This document shows positions 7,554 through 16,567 of a stretch of 64,000 nt of DNA, in pieces. The DNA comes from Escherichia phage ECML-117, in the sequence record JX128258. One strand, written 5' to 3'. Each line of letters opens with the position of its first letter. Position 1 is the stretch's first letter. The notes beneath the pieces were generated by a model. That model did not search any database and had not been told where the DNA came from. It saw nothing but the letters and a program-made list of their open reading frames with translations. The position numbers were made by a program, and so were the translations under genes.

Positions 7554-7844
7554 ATGATTACTTTAGCCGCTATCCGTTCCGCTCGCGTCGAAACTTCCGA
7601 AAACTCTAACGTATTTGGCGAAACCTTAGAGAGCGTTTATCTCTCTAACGTAGACGCAACTATCGAGTCTATTTATGAGCCGATCAACTTTCTCGACCTT
7701 TACAAGTATCGCGACGAGGACATCGTATCCTACCGCGTAACGATTAACGGCTTCGTTTATACGATCACCGAAATCGGCGGCGAATATATAGCTGTACCGC
7801 AACTCGGCGGCGAAGTAACTTACTTTAAAATCGTAAGCCTTTAA
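7554..7844 (+). CDS. small acidic protein (96 aa)
   Basis: Track ORF; AGGAGAA upstream; same unusual codon usage as 7144..7446; similar size and N-terminus (MITLAAI vs MTTLISSI). Confidence 0.6.
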   Translation: MITLAAIRSARVETSENSNVFGETLESVYLSNVDATIESIYEPINFLDLYKYRDEDIVSYRVTINGFVYTITEIGGEYIAVPQLGGEVTYFKIVSL

Positions 7845-7855
7845 GGAGAAGAAAG

Positions 7856-8065
7856 ATGACTAATATGAATAACTCTCTTAACGCGCGCGCCCATCGCACC
7901 GCCGTAATCGATATGTTTCGCGAGCTTAAGGAATTATGCGATAATATGAACGCGATGTTATCCATCGGCGGCTGGGGATACGAAGAAGAAGTTAAATACG
8001 CGGTTATGCGTCGCCGTCGCGATAACGTCCTTGGACAAATTAAACGCGCCGGATTATTCCTTTAA
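7856..8065 (+). CDS. hypothetical protein (69 aa)
   Basis: Track ORF; AAGGAGAAGAAAG upstream; same codon usage; followed by terminator. Confidence 0.55.
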   Translation: MTNMNNSLNARAHRTAVIDMFRELKELCDNMNAMLSIGGWGYEEEVKYAVMRRRRDNVLGQIKRAGLFL

Positions 8066-8091
8066 TTATAATCACCCACCGTTACTAATAG

Positions 8092-8116
8092 GCCGCGCTT
8101 AGTCGCGGCTTTTCTT
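8092..8116 (+). terminator. rho-independent terminator (GCCGCG-cttagt-CGCGGC + TTTTCTT)
   Basis: Read directly after the stop at 8065. Confidence 0.6.
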
Positions 8117-8586
8117 CGTCCCTATCTCAATGCGCTTCTCCGCGAAAATTCCTTTATCCTTCCCTTCGTCGTCGCATAATCTTCGTCGAGATGCTCCTTA
8201 GTTCGCATAACGGGTATTACGTTAAATGGAGAACATCGCGTAAGTCCTTGTTTTATATAGACACCTATATCGGACCGTTAAGGCGGGTCGCGTAAGTCGT
8301 TGTTTTATAAAGGCGCAAAACTTTCCCTTCGTTCCGAACTAAAACGAGAAATATGCGGACCCTTCGCCCGAAAATAGTACGCATGCGAAATTACCGACAT
8401 CTAGAATAATCCCCGCCGATATTATCCTACACGCAATCATTAGCCTTCGAATCATTATGCTTCATATTATTATGCATCGAATCATTCGCTTTCGAATTGT
8501 AACGCTGGAAACTGTAACGGCGATTGATTATTGCGTTCGTGTGGTTTTTATGGCATGGGTCTTTTGGTGCGTTTTGGTACTTGATG

Positions 8587-8709
8587 AAATTTGCAGTACA
8601 CTAATCAAAATACGACACATTTGGTCCACTAACTTTTCAAAGAAAAAGTCCTAGACAGTACCGTACTATTTTGTGCCCACAGTAAATTTGCAGTACACTC
8701 CTGCGCGGC
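8587..8709 (+). repeat. two copies of 16-bp motif AAATTTGCAGTACACT
   Basis: Exact copies at 8587-8602 and 8694-8709; shares the ATTTGCA core with the 11-bp array at 5367-6261. Confidence 0.7.
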
Positions 8710-8767
8710 AGGCAAAGAAAGGGCCGCCACAGCGACCCACGATTCACGGTTAAATCAGCAACACCCA

Positions 8768-9178
8768 CTATTCGCTCTTATGGGCATCACCAAAGCCATC
8801 CGCAATCTGGCTGATCAATGATTCAATGGACACAGTTTTACCAATTGATCGAGCGGTAATAGCAAGCATATTATCAATCAAACCATGATTGGATGCATAT
8901 GGTCCAGGTTTTGAATCATCTTCAGGACAGCCAAAAAGCTGGTCGCGCAAACTTTCGAGAGAACGCTCAATATTTTCCAGCTTCTCTTCTAAATCAGATT
9001 GGCGACGTAAAACCCATGTTAAGTCTCGGTTGCCGACTTCCAACCCATCAGAATCGCAAGCTGGAACGTCAATTTTGATGCTGCCACCAAAGGCCATTCC
9101 GCTGCCTTTAGTATATGTGTTGTGAATAGAATCATTCTTATTTGACATATCATTACCTTTCATGAGGGTGATTAACAA
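8768..9178 (-). CDS. hypothetical protein (136 aa)
   Basis: Track ORF on minus strand; start may be an internal Met. Confidence 0.5.
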   Translation of the reverse strand: MLITLMKGNDMSNKNDSIHNTYTKGSGMAFGGSIKIDVPACDSDGLEVGNRDLTWVLRRQSDLEEKLENIERSLESLRDQLFGCPEDDSKPGPYASNHGLIDNMLAITARSIGKTVSIESLISQIADGFGDAHKSE

Positions 9179-9208
9179 TAACTATAATAAAGCCGCATAG
9201 CGCGGCAT

Positions 9209-9469
9209 TCAAATCGGTTTGTTAATTGTAACGATTGGATTCATCAATCGATACCAACTGTGCTGGGTCGCCGGATACGGTCGAGCCAATGATACCCATC
9301 TGCTGAAAGAACTCTGAATAAACTTCCTTCCAGTATCTACGCGCTGCTTTCTGAGCCTGCCTTTGCGCTTGAAGCTTTTACCTTGAAAGATGAAACGGTC
9401 GCTTGCCGCTCGATACTCCACCACACCTTCCAGCCATTGTAAGAACGCTACTGATTCATTCTGATTCAT
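9209..9469 (-). CDS. hypothetical protein (86 aa)
   Basis: Track ORF on minus strand. Confidence 0.4.
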   Translation of the reverse strand: MNQNESVAFLQWLEGVVEYRAASDRFIFQGKSFKRKGRLRKQRVDTGRKFIQSSFSRWVSLARPYPATQHSWYRLMNPIVTINKPI

Positions 9470-9476
9470 GTTAACC

Positions 9477-9932
9477 TCAATATTTTAATAAGAAAGCACC
9501 CAACCAACTTTCCTCAATCTCGCGGCCAGTAGCCACACGGTCGGTCTTTGCTATGGGTCTGGATTCGCCGCAAGGTAATCCGTCTTGCAGTTGTGTACTA
9601 TTGCCAATTCTCACCATGACCTTTCCATCAGGGTCGATATAAGCGCGACAACCCATGATTTCGAGTCGTTGTAGACACTGGCGAATCGTTTTCAGCCTTT
9701 CACCGGACCGGATAGAGCGCGGTCGCGACCGCTGACCGTTCTTATTCACTGTCCGCTTAACGACCGGAATCTCATTGGTGCGTTTCGCTTTCGGTCGGTA
9801 ATAGGCTTCTTCGCCAGGAGTCGCACCTGGCGTCAATTCACGCTTGAGCGCCTTTTCAATATCGATGATCATAATTATGCCGCAGCAGCGTGGATGATTA
9901 CGTAAACTATGCCAAATAGCGCGGCAATACAT
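9477..9932 (-). CDS. hypothetical basic protein (up to 151 aa)
   Basis: Track ORF; the Cys/His-rich N-terminal extension looks unnatural, so the start may be the internal Met at 9872. Confidence 0.45.
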   Translation of the reverse strand: MYCRAIWHSLRNHPRCCGIIMIIDIEKALKRELTPGATPGEEAYYRPKAKRTNEIPVVKRTVNKNGQRSRPRSIRSGERLKTIRQCLQRLEIMGCRAYIDPDGKVMVRIGNSTQLQDGLPCGESRPIAKTDRVATGREIEESWLGAFLLKY

Positions 9933-9965
9933 ACCGTGCCCCAGAATGCAAAGCGTCGTGACTCT

Positions 9966-10187
9966 TTATCCATTGTCCACCGCTCCAATATCCTTCAAGA
10001 ACTTGTGCAAGTCACCTTTCTTATTAAGCTTTTGCATAGTTTTGATATCATCAAGTGATATGCCTTGATCGCTTTGTTGTTTGTCAATGCAGACAATGCC
10101 GCCTTTCTTGGCCTTGATTGTCATGCCTTTGGCTTCAATACTTTTTACGAAATCGGACAATAATTTAATTTCCATAATACACCTCAC
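9966..10187 (-). CDS. hypothetical protein (73 aa)
   Basis: Track ORF on minus strand. Confidence 0.4.
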   Translation of the reverse strand: MRCIMEIKLLSDFVKSIEAKGMTIKAKKGGIVCIDKQQSDQGISLDDIKTMQKLNKKGDLHKFLKDIGAVDNG

Positions 10188-10256
10188 TTGTTAACGTATA
10201 ATGAGTATAACTTAATAGCGCATAAAGTAAAGGCGCTTTTCAGCGCCTTGAGTGAA

Positions 10257-12614
10257 TTATTTTGCTGCTTTCAGCGCGGCTATTTCTGCCTTTAGTTCAT
10301 CTATCTGATCCATCAATGCAAGAATTGCCTCGTGATGGAGTGCTGCTGCAACGCCAGAAGTGTTTACTGACTTTACGTCATCCAGAATTGACCCATCACG
10401 CAGGGTGACTGGTGATGATTTTGTTTCTGATACGGCTTCAGGGAAGTCTTTCTCTACGTCCTGCGCGATGAATCCGTATCCGATTGAGCCATTTGTCTCC
10501 AGGACCCATGTGACCCCTTTGATGTTTCTCATCTTGGAGAGCGGATTACTGATGCGCTCAATGTTGCTTTTAATTCTTTCGTCAGATGTGCTTCGCCATT
10601 CCTGGCATCTTGCTATGCCGTCAGCACCAAATAGATAAGAGGCACTGCTGCCAATGCCATTCAAAATGTTAAGTTGCGCACGGTCCAATGCTGTTGTGCC
10701 ACTTCTGACTCCGCCAAGCATCCAATTCCCGTCATACCAGTCGCCGCCAACGGAGTTTATATAGCCTCCTTCTGGCACATTCGCGTAGTTGATCATCCTG
10801 ATGGCATTTCTTTCTGAAGCTGCCACCCCGACTGAATTCAACGGTTGTGCAACGACATCCTTGGGCCTTACGTATGCGTCAATGTGTAATGCGCCGTCAG
10901 GCCTTAGTGTGCCAATTTGAGTCTCTGCGCTTGGGAAGTACAAAGTCCCAGCTTGGTTGAATGACCATTCTTGCACCCCATTAGATATCACCGCACCTTG
11001 TTCAGATGTTAATCCATCAATTTTTCCGTATGCCTGCAAGAATGCTTGATACGCAACGTTCGTGCCAATCTTATATTCAGATTTTACACTACCGCCTCTG
11101 ACAAGCGTTCCGGCTGCAGGTTTTACTGCGTCGCCGTTAATCACACTCCAAGAAGTATTCGCGGCAACAAATCCACCCGATGCACGAATCACCCAAACGC
11201 CAACAAAGTTGCGACCCATGATTTCGTCAGTTGCCGCTCCATAAATCGGGCTTGATCTGGATGCATCAATATTTATTGTATTGAGACGCCCCTCCACTGC
11301 CCCGCTTCCAACAGGTATGGTGTCGCCGCCGCCTTGGGGGTACAAATCGTTGTTTGTGTAAAAAGCACCTCGGACGGCTGTGCCAAAGATTTGCGCATAA
11401 GTGCCTGCCGATACACCAGCAGCTGAGCCTGTGATGTTTGGTGCAGCAGATTCAAATATTTGACCGTTCGCAGTGGAGTTGCCGCCATCACCGCGCCCGT
11501 AAAGCGCCCGTACAGAGCCTGTCTGGACACCGTTAAGGTCTGGGACACGGAATGTCGTTGTGCCGTTACCTGAAGAATATTTTGCACGTTTGAACTTATC
11601 CGCAAGCCAGTCGGCATCTGCGATGGGTGAAAGCATCTGCGCATACGCCCAAAGTTCAGGCCAGTCAGCACGGTTTAGCAATTGCCCGTCTGCAACGACT
11701 TCGTATGGCTGAATATATGATCTACTATTGCGAAGATGGAAATCGCCAACACCATAGTTCATGACACCGTTCATACTTGGGCCAACGGTGCCTGTGTTTA
11801 CTAAGTTTTCAACCCAACGCTTAGTCGCGGCATCATAATCATTTACAGGGTCGCCAGCGAGCGGCGTTGATCCTTGTGGACGGATGTTTAGCCACGCCTG
11901 AGCATTATCTGCAGAGCCTGTGCCGCCCATTGAAGTTGGAACGATGCTCTGATCAGCAACAGGGCCGAATCCGAAAGCAGTCTTCATTCCTTGAATGGTG
12001 GTCTGCCCAGTTCCGCCATTTGCAATTGGAATCGTGCTTTGCGTACTATACATTTGCACCCAATCCGACCAGGATGATGAGCCAGCATTGTATAGCCTTT
12101 GGTATATGGCGTTGATCCAATAAGGCGTATATCTTTGGACGCAGCTTTCTCCTGCGACGCCAGTATTGTAAACTTCAAGAATACCAGCTTGTGAGACTGG
12201 ATAGTTCAGCGCCGATGATGCACCAGCATTTGCTGATTGATGATATTGACCAAACCATGAACCAGTCAAGGCATTGAGATTTATTCCGTTAGGAATCTCT
12301 CCAAAGTTTCGGACAGTACCCGTCAAAGTTGCGGCAGTGGTTCGAATAGAAAGCATGTCGCCAGCCGCCCATGCACGCGCTGCAGTCCCTTCTTGTGCAC
12401 GCTGCACGGTCAGGACGTTTCCAACAACGGCTGTTACTGTGACGATTTCGAATTGGAGGCCTGTTGCAGCGTCGACGATTGTCGCCACTACACGCTCGTT
12501 TGCGCCCAAGGTCGGAAAGCCCGACCCTGAGCGAATTGTGATTGTGGTGTCTGAAGTCGTCGTTGGTTGAGCCAGCGCGACCTCAAAGTTGTTTTTGAAT
12601 ATTAGCCTTGGCAT
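10257..12614 (-). CDS. tail spike/fibre protein with C-terminal intramolecular chaperone (S74-type autoproteolytic) domain
   Basis: 785 aa; Gly/Ser/Thr/Asn-rich fibrous body; C-terminal segment containing SDERIKSNIE and a terminal coiled coil, as in endosialidase-type chaperone domains. Confidence 0.7.
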   Translation of the reverse strand: MPRLIFKNNFEVALAQPTTTSDTTITIRSGSGFPTLGANERVVATIVDAATGLQFEIVTVTAVVGNVLTVQRAQEGTAARAWAAGDMLSIRTTAATLTGTVRNFGEIPNGINLNALTGSWFGQYHQSANAGASSALNYPVSQAGILEVYNTGVAGESCVQRYTPYWINAIYQRLYNAGSSSWSDWVQMYSTQSTIPIANGGTGQTTIQGMKTAFGFGPVADQSIVPTSMGGTGSADNAQAWLNIRPQGSTPLAGDPVNDYDAATKRWVENLVNTGTVGPSMNGVMNYGVGDFHLRNSRSYIQPYEVVADGQLLNRADWPELWAYAQMLSPIADADWLADKFKRAKYSSGNGTTTFRVPDLNGVQTGSVRALYGRGDGGNSTANGQIFESAAPNITGSAAGVSAGTYAQIFGTAVRGAFYTNNDLYPQGGGDTIPVGSGAVEGRLNTINIDASRSSPIYGAATDEIMGRNFVGVWVIRASGGFVAANTSWSVINGDAVKPAAGTLVRGGSVKSEYKIGTNVAYQAFLQAYGKIDGLTSEQGAVISNGVQEWSFNQAGTLYFPSAETQIGTLRPDGALHIDAYVRPKDVVAQPLNSVGVAASERNAIRMINYANVPEGGYINSVGGDWYDGNWMLGGVRSGTTALDRAQLNILNGIGSSASYLFGADGIARCQEWRSTSDERIKSNIERISNPLSKMRNIKGVTWVLETNGSIGYGFIAQDVEKDFPEAVSETKSSPVTLRDGSILDDVKSVNTSGVAAALHHEAILALMDQIDELKAEIAALKAAK

Positions 12615-12652
12615 TTTACGGTCCTCGTTTTGTCGACAACCGTATTATAACC

Positions 12653-12994
12653 TTAATTTCTTTTGAGAGGAATATGACGGTGGCTGCCATTATCTGGTTT
12701 AATAATGAGCATAAAAACGATTAGAAAGATGATGGCTGATATACTTAATTCAATCAGCGCGGCCTGAGATATGGATTGATCTTCGTGATACTGCTTTTGC
12801 ATTTCTGCTTTCTTCTGAGCGCAAACTTCAGGCGATATATAATCACCTTTTGAGTTGCCATAATAAATCTCGCCATTCTCAGAAATAAGTCTGCCGCAAA
12901 TATCCGTATCGGCCTTTGCGCTTGACATCATAATAACAGTGCCGATGATAGCAGCAATTGTCCAGATTAGCAGTTGTGATAAAGTATTGTTCAT
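12653..12994 (-). CDS. membrane/secreted protein (113 aa)
   Basis: In frame with track ORF 12653..13084; start at MNNTLSQLLIWTIAAIIGTVIMMSSAKA (signal-like) with a C-terminal hydrophobic segment. Confidence 0.45.
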   Translation of the reverse strand: MNNTLSQLLIWTIAAIIGTVIMMSSAKADTDICGRLISENGEIYYGNSKGDYISPEVCAQKKAEMQKQYHEDQSISQAALIELSISAIIFLIVFMLIIKPDNGSHRHIPLKRN

Positions 12995-13190
12995 GATAAC
13001 CTCTTTAAATTCCCTTCCCATATCGGGAAGGGCGAATGTTATTTTACGCGAAAGAATAGGCGCGTGCCACACAGCGAGTCCCAACGGCCCTCACCATCCC
13101 ATATCGACCCAACACCAGCGGTGATTGGGCCAGCAGAATTGGCGGCATTGGCCCAGGCGAGACGTTTCAACTTCCAACTGCACCAACGAT

Positions 13191-13454
13191 TCACAGTTCA
13201 CCTCCAGATTGCAAAACAAGTCCCGCATAGAGGATTGCTAAAGCTAAAGGCGCACCACTTCCAGCTTCTCTATTCTCTTTGATTTGAAGAGTGTCCTTAA
13301 GGAATTGCAGCTGAACGTTGAATTCATTTTCAATTCCAAGCACTCCAGCTAATTCTTTTACAGAATCTGCATATGCCTTGTCTAGCACTTCTTTTGGTAC
13401 TGTTAAAGTCAATTCATTTGCCATTTTCTTTCCACTCCACAAATGTGCTGCCAC
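13191..13454 (-). CDS. hypothetical protein (87 aa)
   Basis: Track ORF on minus strand. Confidence 0.4.
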   Translation of the reverse strand: MAAHLWSGKKMANELTLTVPKEVLDKAYADSVKELAGVLGIENEFNVQLQFLKDTLQIKENREAGSGAPLALAILYAGLVLQSGGEL

Positions 13455-13635
13455 TTGTTTCTCTATTTAGCAGGTATCTGCCGCGCATTCCATGAAGGCT
13501 GAATTCAACCGTCGATGGATTAGATTTTGAAAGCCACATCGCTTGACCGTCGAATGGTCCGCCAACGCATGTGTATTTGGCTTTTGGCTCACTCCTTTTG
13601 GGCCGTTTTGCCCGCTCTTTGATTGATAGTCTCAT
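13414..13635 (-). CDS. hypothetical protein (73 aa)
   Basis: Track ORF on minus strand. Confidence 0.35.
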   Translation of the reverse strand: MRLSIKERAKRPKRSEPKAKYTCVGGPFDGQAMWLSKSNPSTVEFSLHGMRGRYLLNRETSGSTFVEWKENGK

Positions 13636-13850
13636 CAGTCTTCACCTTGAGATTCAAGACAAGTAAGAACAAGCCATGTCATCGGAAGAATCAAAACCAG
13701 AGAAATAAGGGACCAGATGGACCAGCACAAGATGACAGACTTGAATGTGTGAACGTCGCCAAACGCAGCAGTGAAACAAAATCCCATCACGAAAGCAAGC
13801 GCGGTGGAGTGGTTATCAATGGCTTTGATGGCACGGTCGATGAGTTTCAT
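13635..13850 (-). CDS. small membrane protein (71 aa)
   Basis: Track ORF; two hydrophobic segments. Confidence 0.4.
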   Translation of the reverse strand: MKLIDRAIKAIDNHSTALAFVMGFCFTAAFGDVHTFKSVILCWSIWSLISLVLILPMTWLVLTCLESQGED

Positions 13851-13939
13851 ATTACCTCCGGTTTTGAGTTAATATGATTATAACGCAGAGCTTCAGAAAG
13901 GCAAACTTTTTGTGAATTTATGCCGTCCATGGCAAATGA

Positions 13940-14170
13940 TTAGTGAGAAGACACGACTAATGTGCCGCTTCCTTTCGCGAAAATCTCAACACCTGGCGGG
14001 ATTGTGACCGTGCCAACCACTGCGATTCCGATCAACTTGTCATCGGCTTTTTCTTCGAAACAGATCTCTGCGCCACCGCCGCGAACTTGAATAAGTGCGC
14101 CTGATACGTTTTCAGCAACAGAAAGAACGGAAGTGTAAGATGGAGTGAGTTGAATATTTACTAGGGCCAT
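13940..14170 (-). CDS. hypothetical protein (76 aa)
   Basis: Track ORF on minus strand. Confidence 0.4.
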   Translation of the reverse strand: MALVNIQLTPSYTSVLSVAENVSGALIQVRGGGAEICFEEKADDKLIGIAVVGTVTIPPGVEIFAKGSGTLVVSSH

Positions 14171-14288
14171 GATTTACTCCTGATAAAAAAATGGCCAGAA
14201 AGAATCTGGCCGAAAAGATCACCCTTTATCCACTACTAAGCTGGAATCATAATTTTACTTGATATAGCTGTCGCAAGCAAACTATAAT

Positions 14289-15749
14289 ATGAATAAAATA
14301 TTAACACATAATTGGAAAGTCATGTACCAGTTGAATCCTGCTTTAAGAGAAGTCTGGAAGACGAAAGCGCGATACAAAGTAATATACGGTGGTCGTGCAT
14401 CTTCCAAATCGCATGATGCCGCTGGTTTTGCTATTTATTTGGCGGCAAACTTTAAATTAAAATTCCTTTGCGTTCGACAATTCCAGAACAAGATTTCTGA
14501 ATCAGTATATACGCTATTAAAAGACAAAATAGAAATTTCTGATTTCAAAGATGAGTTCAACTTATTAAAGAACTCCATTGAACACAAAAGAACAAAATCT
14601 GAATTCTTATTTTACGGTATCGCACGCAATGTTGACGAAATCAAATCAACAGAAGGCGTTGATGTTCTTTGGCTTGAAGAAGCGCACGCACTTACTGAAG
14701 AGCAGTGGGACATCATTGAGCCGACAATTCGTAAGGAAGGGTCAGAAATATGGATCATATTTAACCCTGATGAAGAGGCTGATTTCGTCTACCAGAACTT
14801 TGTTATGCGACCGCCTAAAAATGCCATCGTTAAGAAGATTAACTGGCAGGACAATCCATTCTTGTCGCAAACAATGCTGGACGTTATCGCTGGCATGTAT
14901 GAGCGCGACCCGAAAAAGGCAGAACACGTTTATGGCGGAGTACCGAAGACAGGCGGCGACAAGTCGGTCATCAACCGTGCATTCGTCAAGGCCGCGCTAA
15001 ACCTCCACAAACACCCTACGTTGGGATGGAGCTTGTCAGGGTCTAACCGTATAGGCTTTGACGTGGCAGACGACGGCGACGACTTAAACGCCACAGCATT
15101 TGTCACGGGCAACGTATTGCGCGGCATCAAGACATGGGAAGGTCTGGAAGATGAATTGCTTAAGTCCGCAAGCGGAGTTTGGAAAGATGCATTAACATTC
15201 GGCGCATCAATTACCTATGACGCCATCGGTGTTGGTGCATTTGCTGGTTCAAAATTTGATGAGCTTAATGAGTATGCAATCCATGAAAATCCAACATTCC
15301 CAAGAATCGAATTTAATGCGTTCAACGCGCAAGGTGCTGTTGATGATCCTGATGACGTCTTCCTTGAGTTACCACACGTTGAAATACTCAATAAAGACCA
15401 TTTCGCAAACATAAAAGCGCAAAAATGGACTGAGATTGCCGAACGATTCAGGAAGACATATGAGTATGCAACAGGGCAGGCCGTATACCCGACTGATGAG
15501 CTGATTTCCATCGACACAGACGGCATTCCAGAACTTGGGATTCCTGCTTGGTCTGCGGAAGAAATTGAGACATTTCTTTTTGAGATGTCAGCGCCGCGCA
15601 AAGACACGTCTGTGCTTGGTAAGTTTAAAGTTGAATCGAAAAAGGATATGGCAAAGCGTGGAGTCAAATCGCCTAACAAAGCGGACGCAGCAATCATGGC
15701 GTTGATGAAACCAATTGTTGCAGCATCCGGCTTCTTCTCTAACCTTTAA
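14289..15749 (+). CDS. terL: terminase large subunit
   Basis: 486 aa; Walker A-like GGRASSKS, LWLEEAH Walker B-like segment, C-terminal nuclease-like region. TTGATA-N18-TATAAT abuts the annotated ATG, so the true start may be the internal Met at 14322. Confidence 0.8.
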   Translation: MNKILTHNWKVMYQLNPALREVWKTKARYKVIYGGRASSKSHDAAGFAIYLAANFKLKFLCVRQFQNKISESVYTLLKDKIEISDFKDEFNLLKNSIEHKRTKSEFLFYGIARNVDEIKSTEGVDVLWLEEAHALTEEQWDIIEPTIRKEGSEIWIIFNPDEEADFVYQNFVMRPPKNAIVKKINWQDNPFLSQTMLDVIAGMYERDPKKAEHVYGGVPKTGGDKSVINRAFVKAALNLHKHPTLGWSLSGSNRIGFDVADDGDDLNATAFVTGNVLRGIKTWEGLEDELLKSASGVWKDALTFGASITYDAIGVGAFAGSKFDELNEYAIHENPTFPRIEFNAFNAQGAVDDPDDVFLELPHVEILNKDHFANIKAQKWTEIAERFRKTYEYATGQAVYPTDELISIDTDGIPELGIPAWSAEEIETFLFEMSAPRKDTSVLGKFKVESKKDMAKRGVKSPNKADAAIMALMKPIVAASGFFSNL

Positions 15750-15752
15750 CAA

Positions 15753-15992
15753 TTAAAGCATTCCGTGCTGAAGGTCGAGTTTTCTTGCGGCAAACGACCT
15801 GGCACGGAATCGCTTACCCGCCCTTACTGCCTGTCGAATCTTCTTTTGCAAACACTTACGATCAAAATCGTTGCGGTCGACGGCTTCGAGTAAATCACGA
15901 CGCAGAGCACCCAGTGTCGACTTTTCAGAGACTTCAACGCCCAGCGCCGCTGCAACGTCTTTCAAAACATCGAGTTCGGTTAAAGTTCTCAT
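15753..15992 (-). CDS. small protein with Rho-N/HeH-like helix motif (79 aa)
   Basis: Track ORF; AAGGGGA upstream on minus strand; N-terminus LTELDVLKDVAAALGVEVSEKSTLGALRRDLLEAV. Confidence 0.45.
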   Translation of the reverse strand: MRTLTELDVLKDVAAALGVEVSEKSTLGALRRDLLEAVDRNDFDRKCLQKKIRQAVRAGKRFRARSFAARKLDLQHGML

Positions 15993-16405
15993 TTGATAAT
16001 CCCCTTGATGTCTGATTCTGCCATAAAGATTGGAGTTCCGCCGCCAGGAACAATCGAGCGCGTGACTTTATCAAACATATCGTTTTCTTCAACTTGAATA
16101 CGATAGAATTTATTTTTGGATGAAGATGGGCACAATCCCATAAATTTGCCGATTCCGCGAACGCATTCATCTTCAAAGTATACTGTTTCACCTTGGATGG
16201 AGTCGATGTCGTCTACTGGATAGACCTTGCGACCCAATAGCCACTCGTCCATAGTCGCCTGCAAGACGTTTCGCGCATCTAAAATCCACGGGTCAATAGT
16301 AGCACCTTCGTATCGCGCAGCAGTGGCCTTTGCCAGTTCTTCATATTCGCATACGTTAACGACTTCGCCGTTGTGCAAGACGACAAATACAATTGTTGTG
16401 CTCAT
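15989..16405 (-). CDS. hypothetical protein (138 aa)
   Basis: Track ORF; AAGGAG upstream on minus strand. Confidence 0.55.
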   Translation of the reverse strand: MSTTIVFVVLHNGEVVNVCEYEELAKATAARYEGATIDPWILDARNVLQATMDEWLLGRKVYPVDDIDSIQGETVYFEDECVRGIGKFMGLCPSSSKNKFYRIQVEENDMFDKVTRSIVPGGGTPIFMAESDIKGIIK

Positions 16406-16567
16406 TTCAATCTCCTTTCGTTTGGTTAACTAAAATATAACTCAAAATGATGCAAAAGCAAAATATTTTATGAACTATTTATGATCACCATACATATCAT
16501 TTGCTTACAAACACATGAATATTTATAATATAGATTGATTCCCTTTCACTGTCAGGTGGCGTTAACA

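Noticed and set aside
8457-8654. Plus-strand ORF of 65 aa
   Set aside because: It lies in a GT-rich repeat-containing segment, has no RBS, and a hydrophobic low-complexity translation; likely a non-coding regulatory region.
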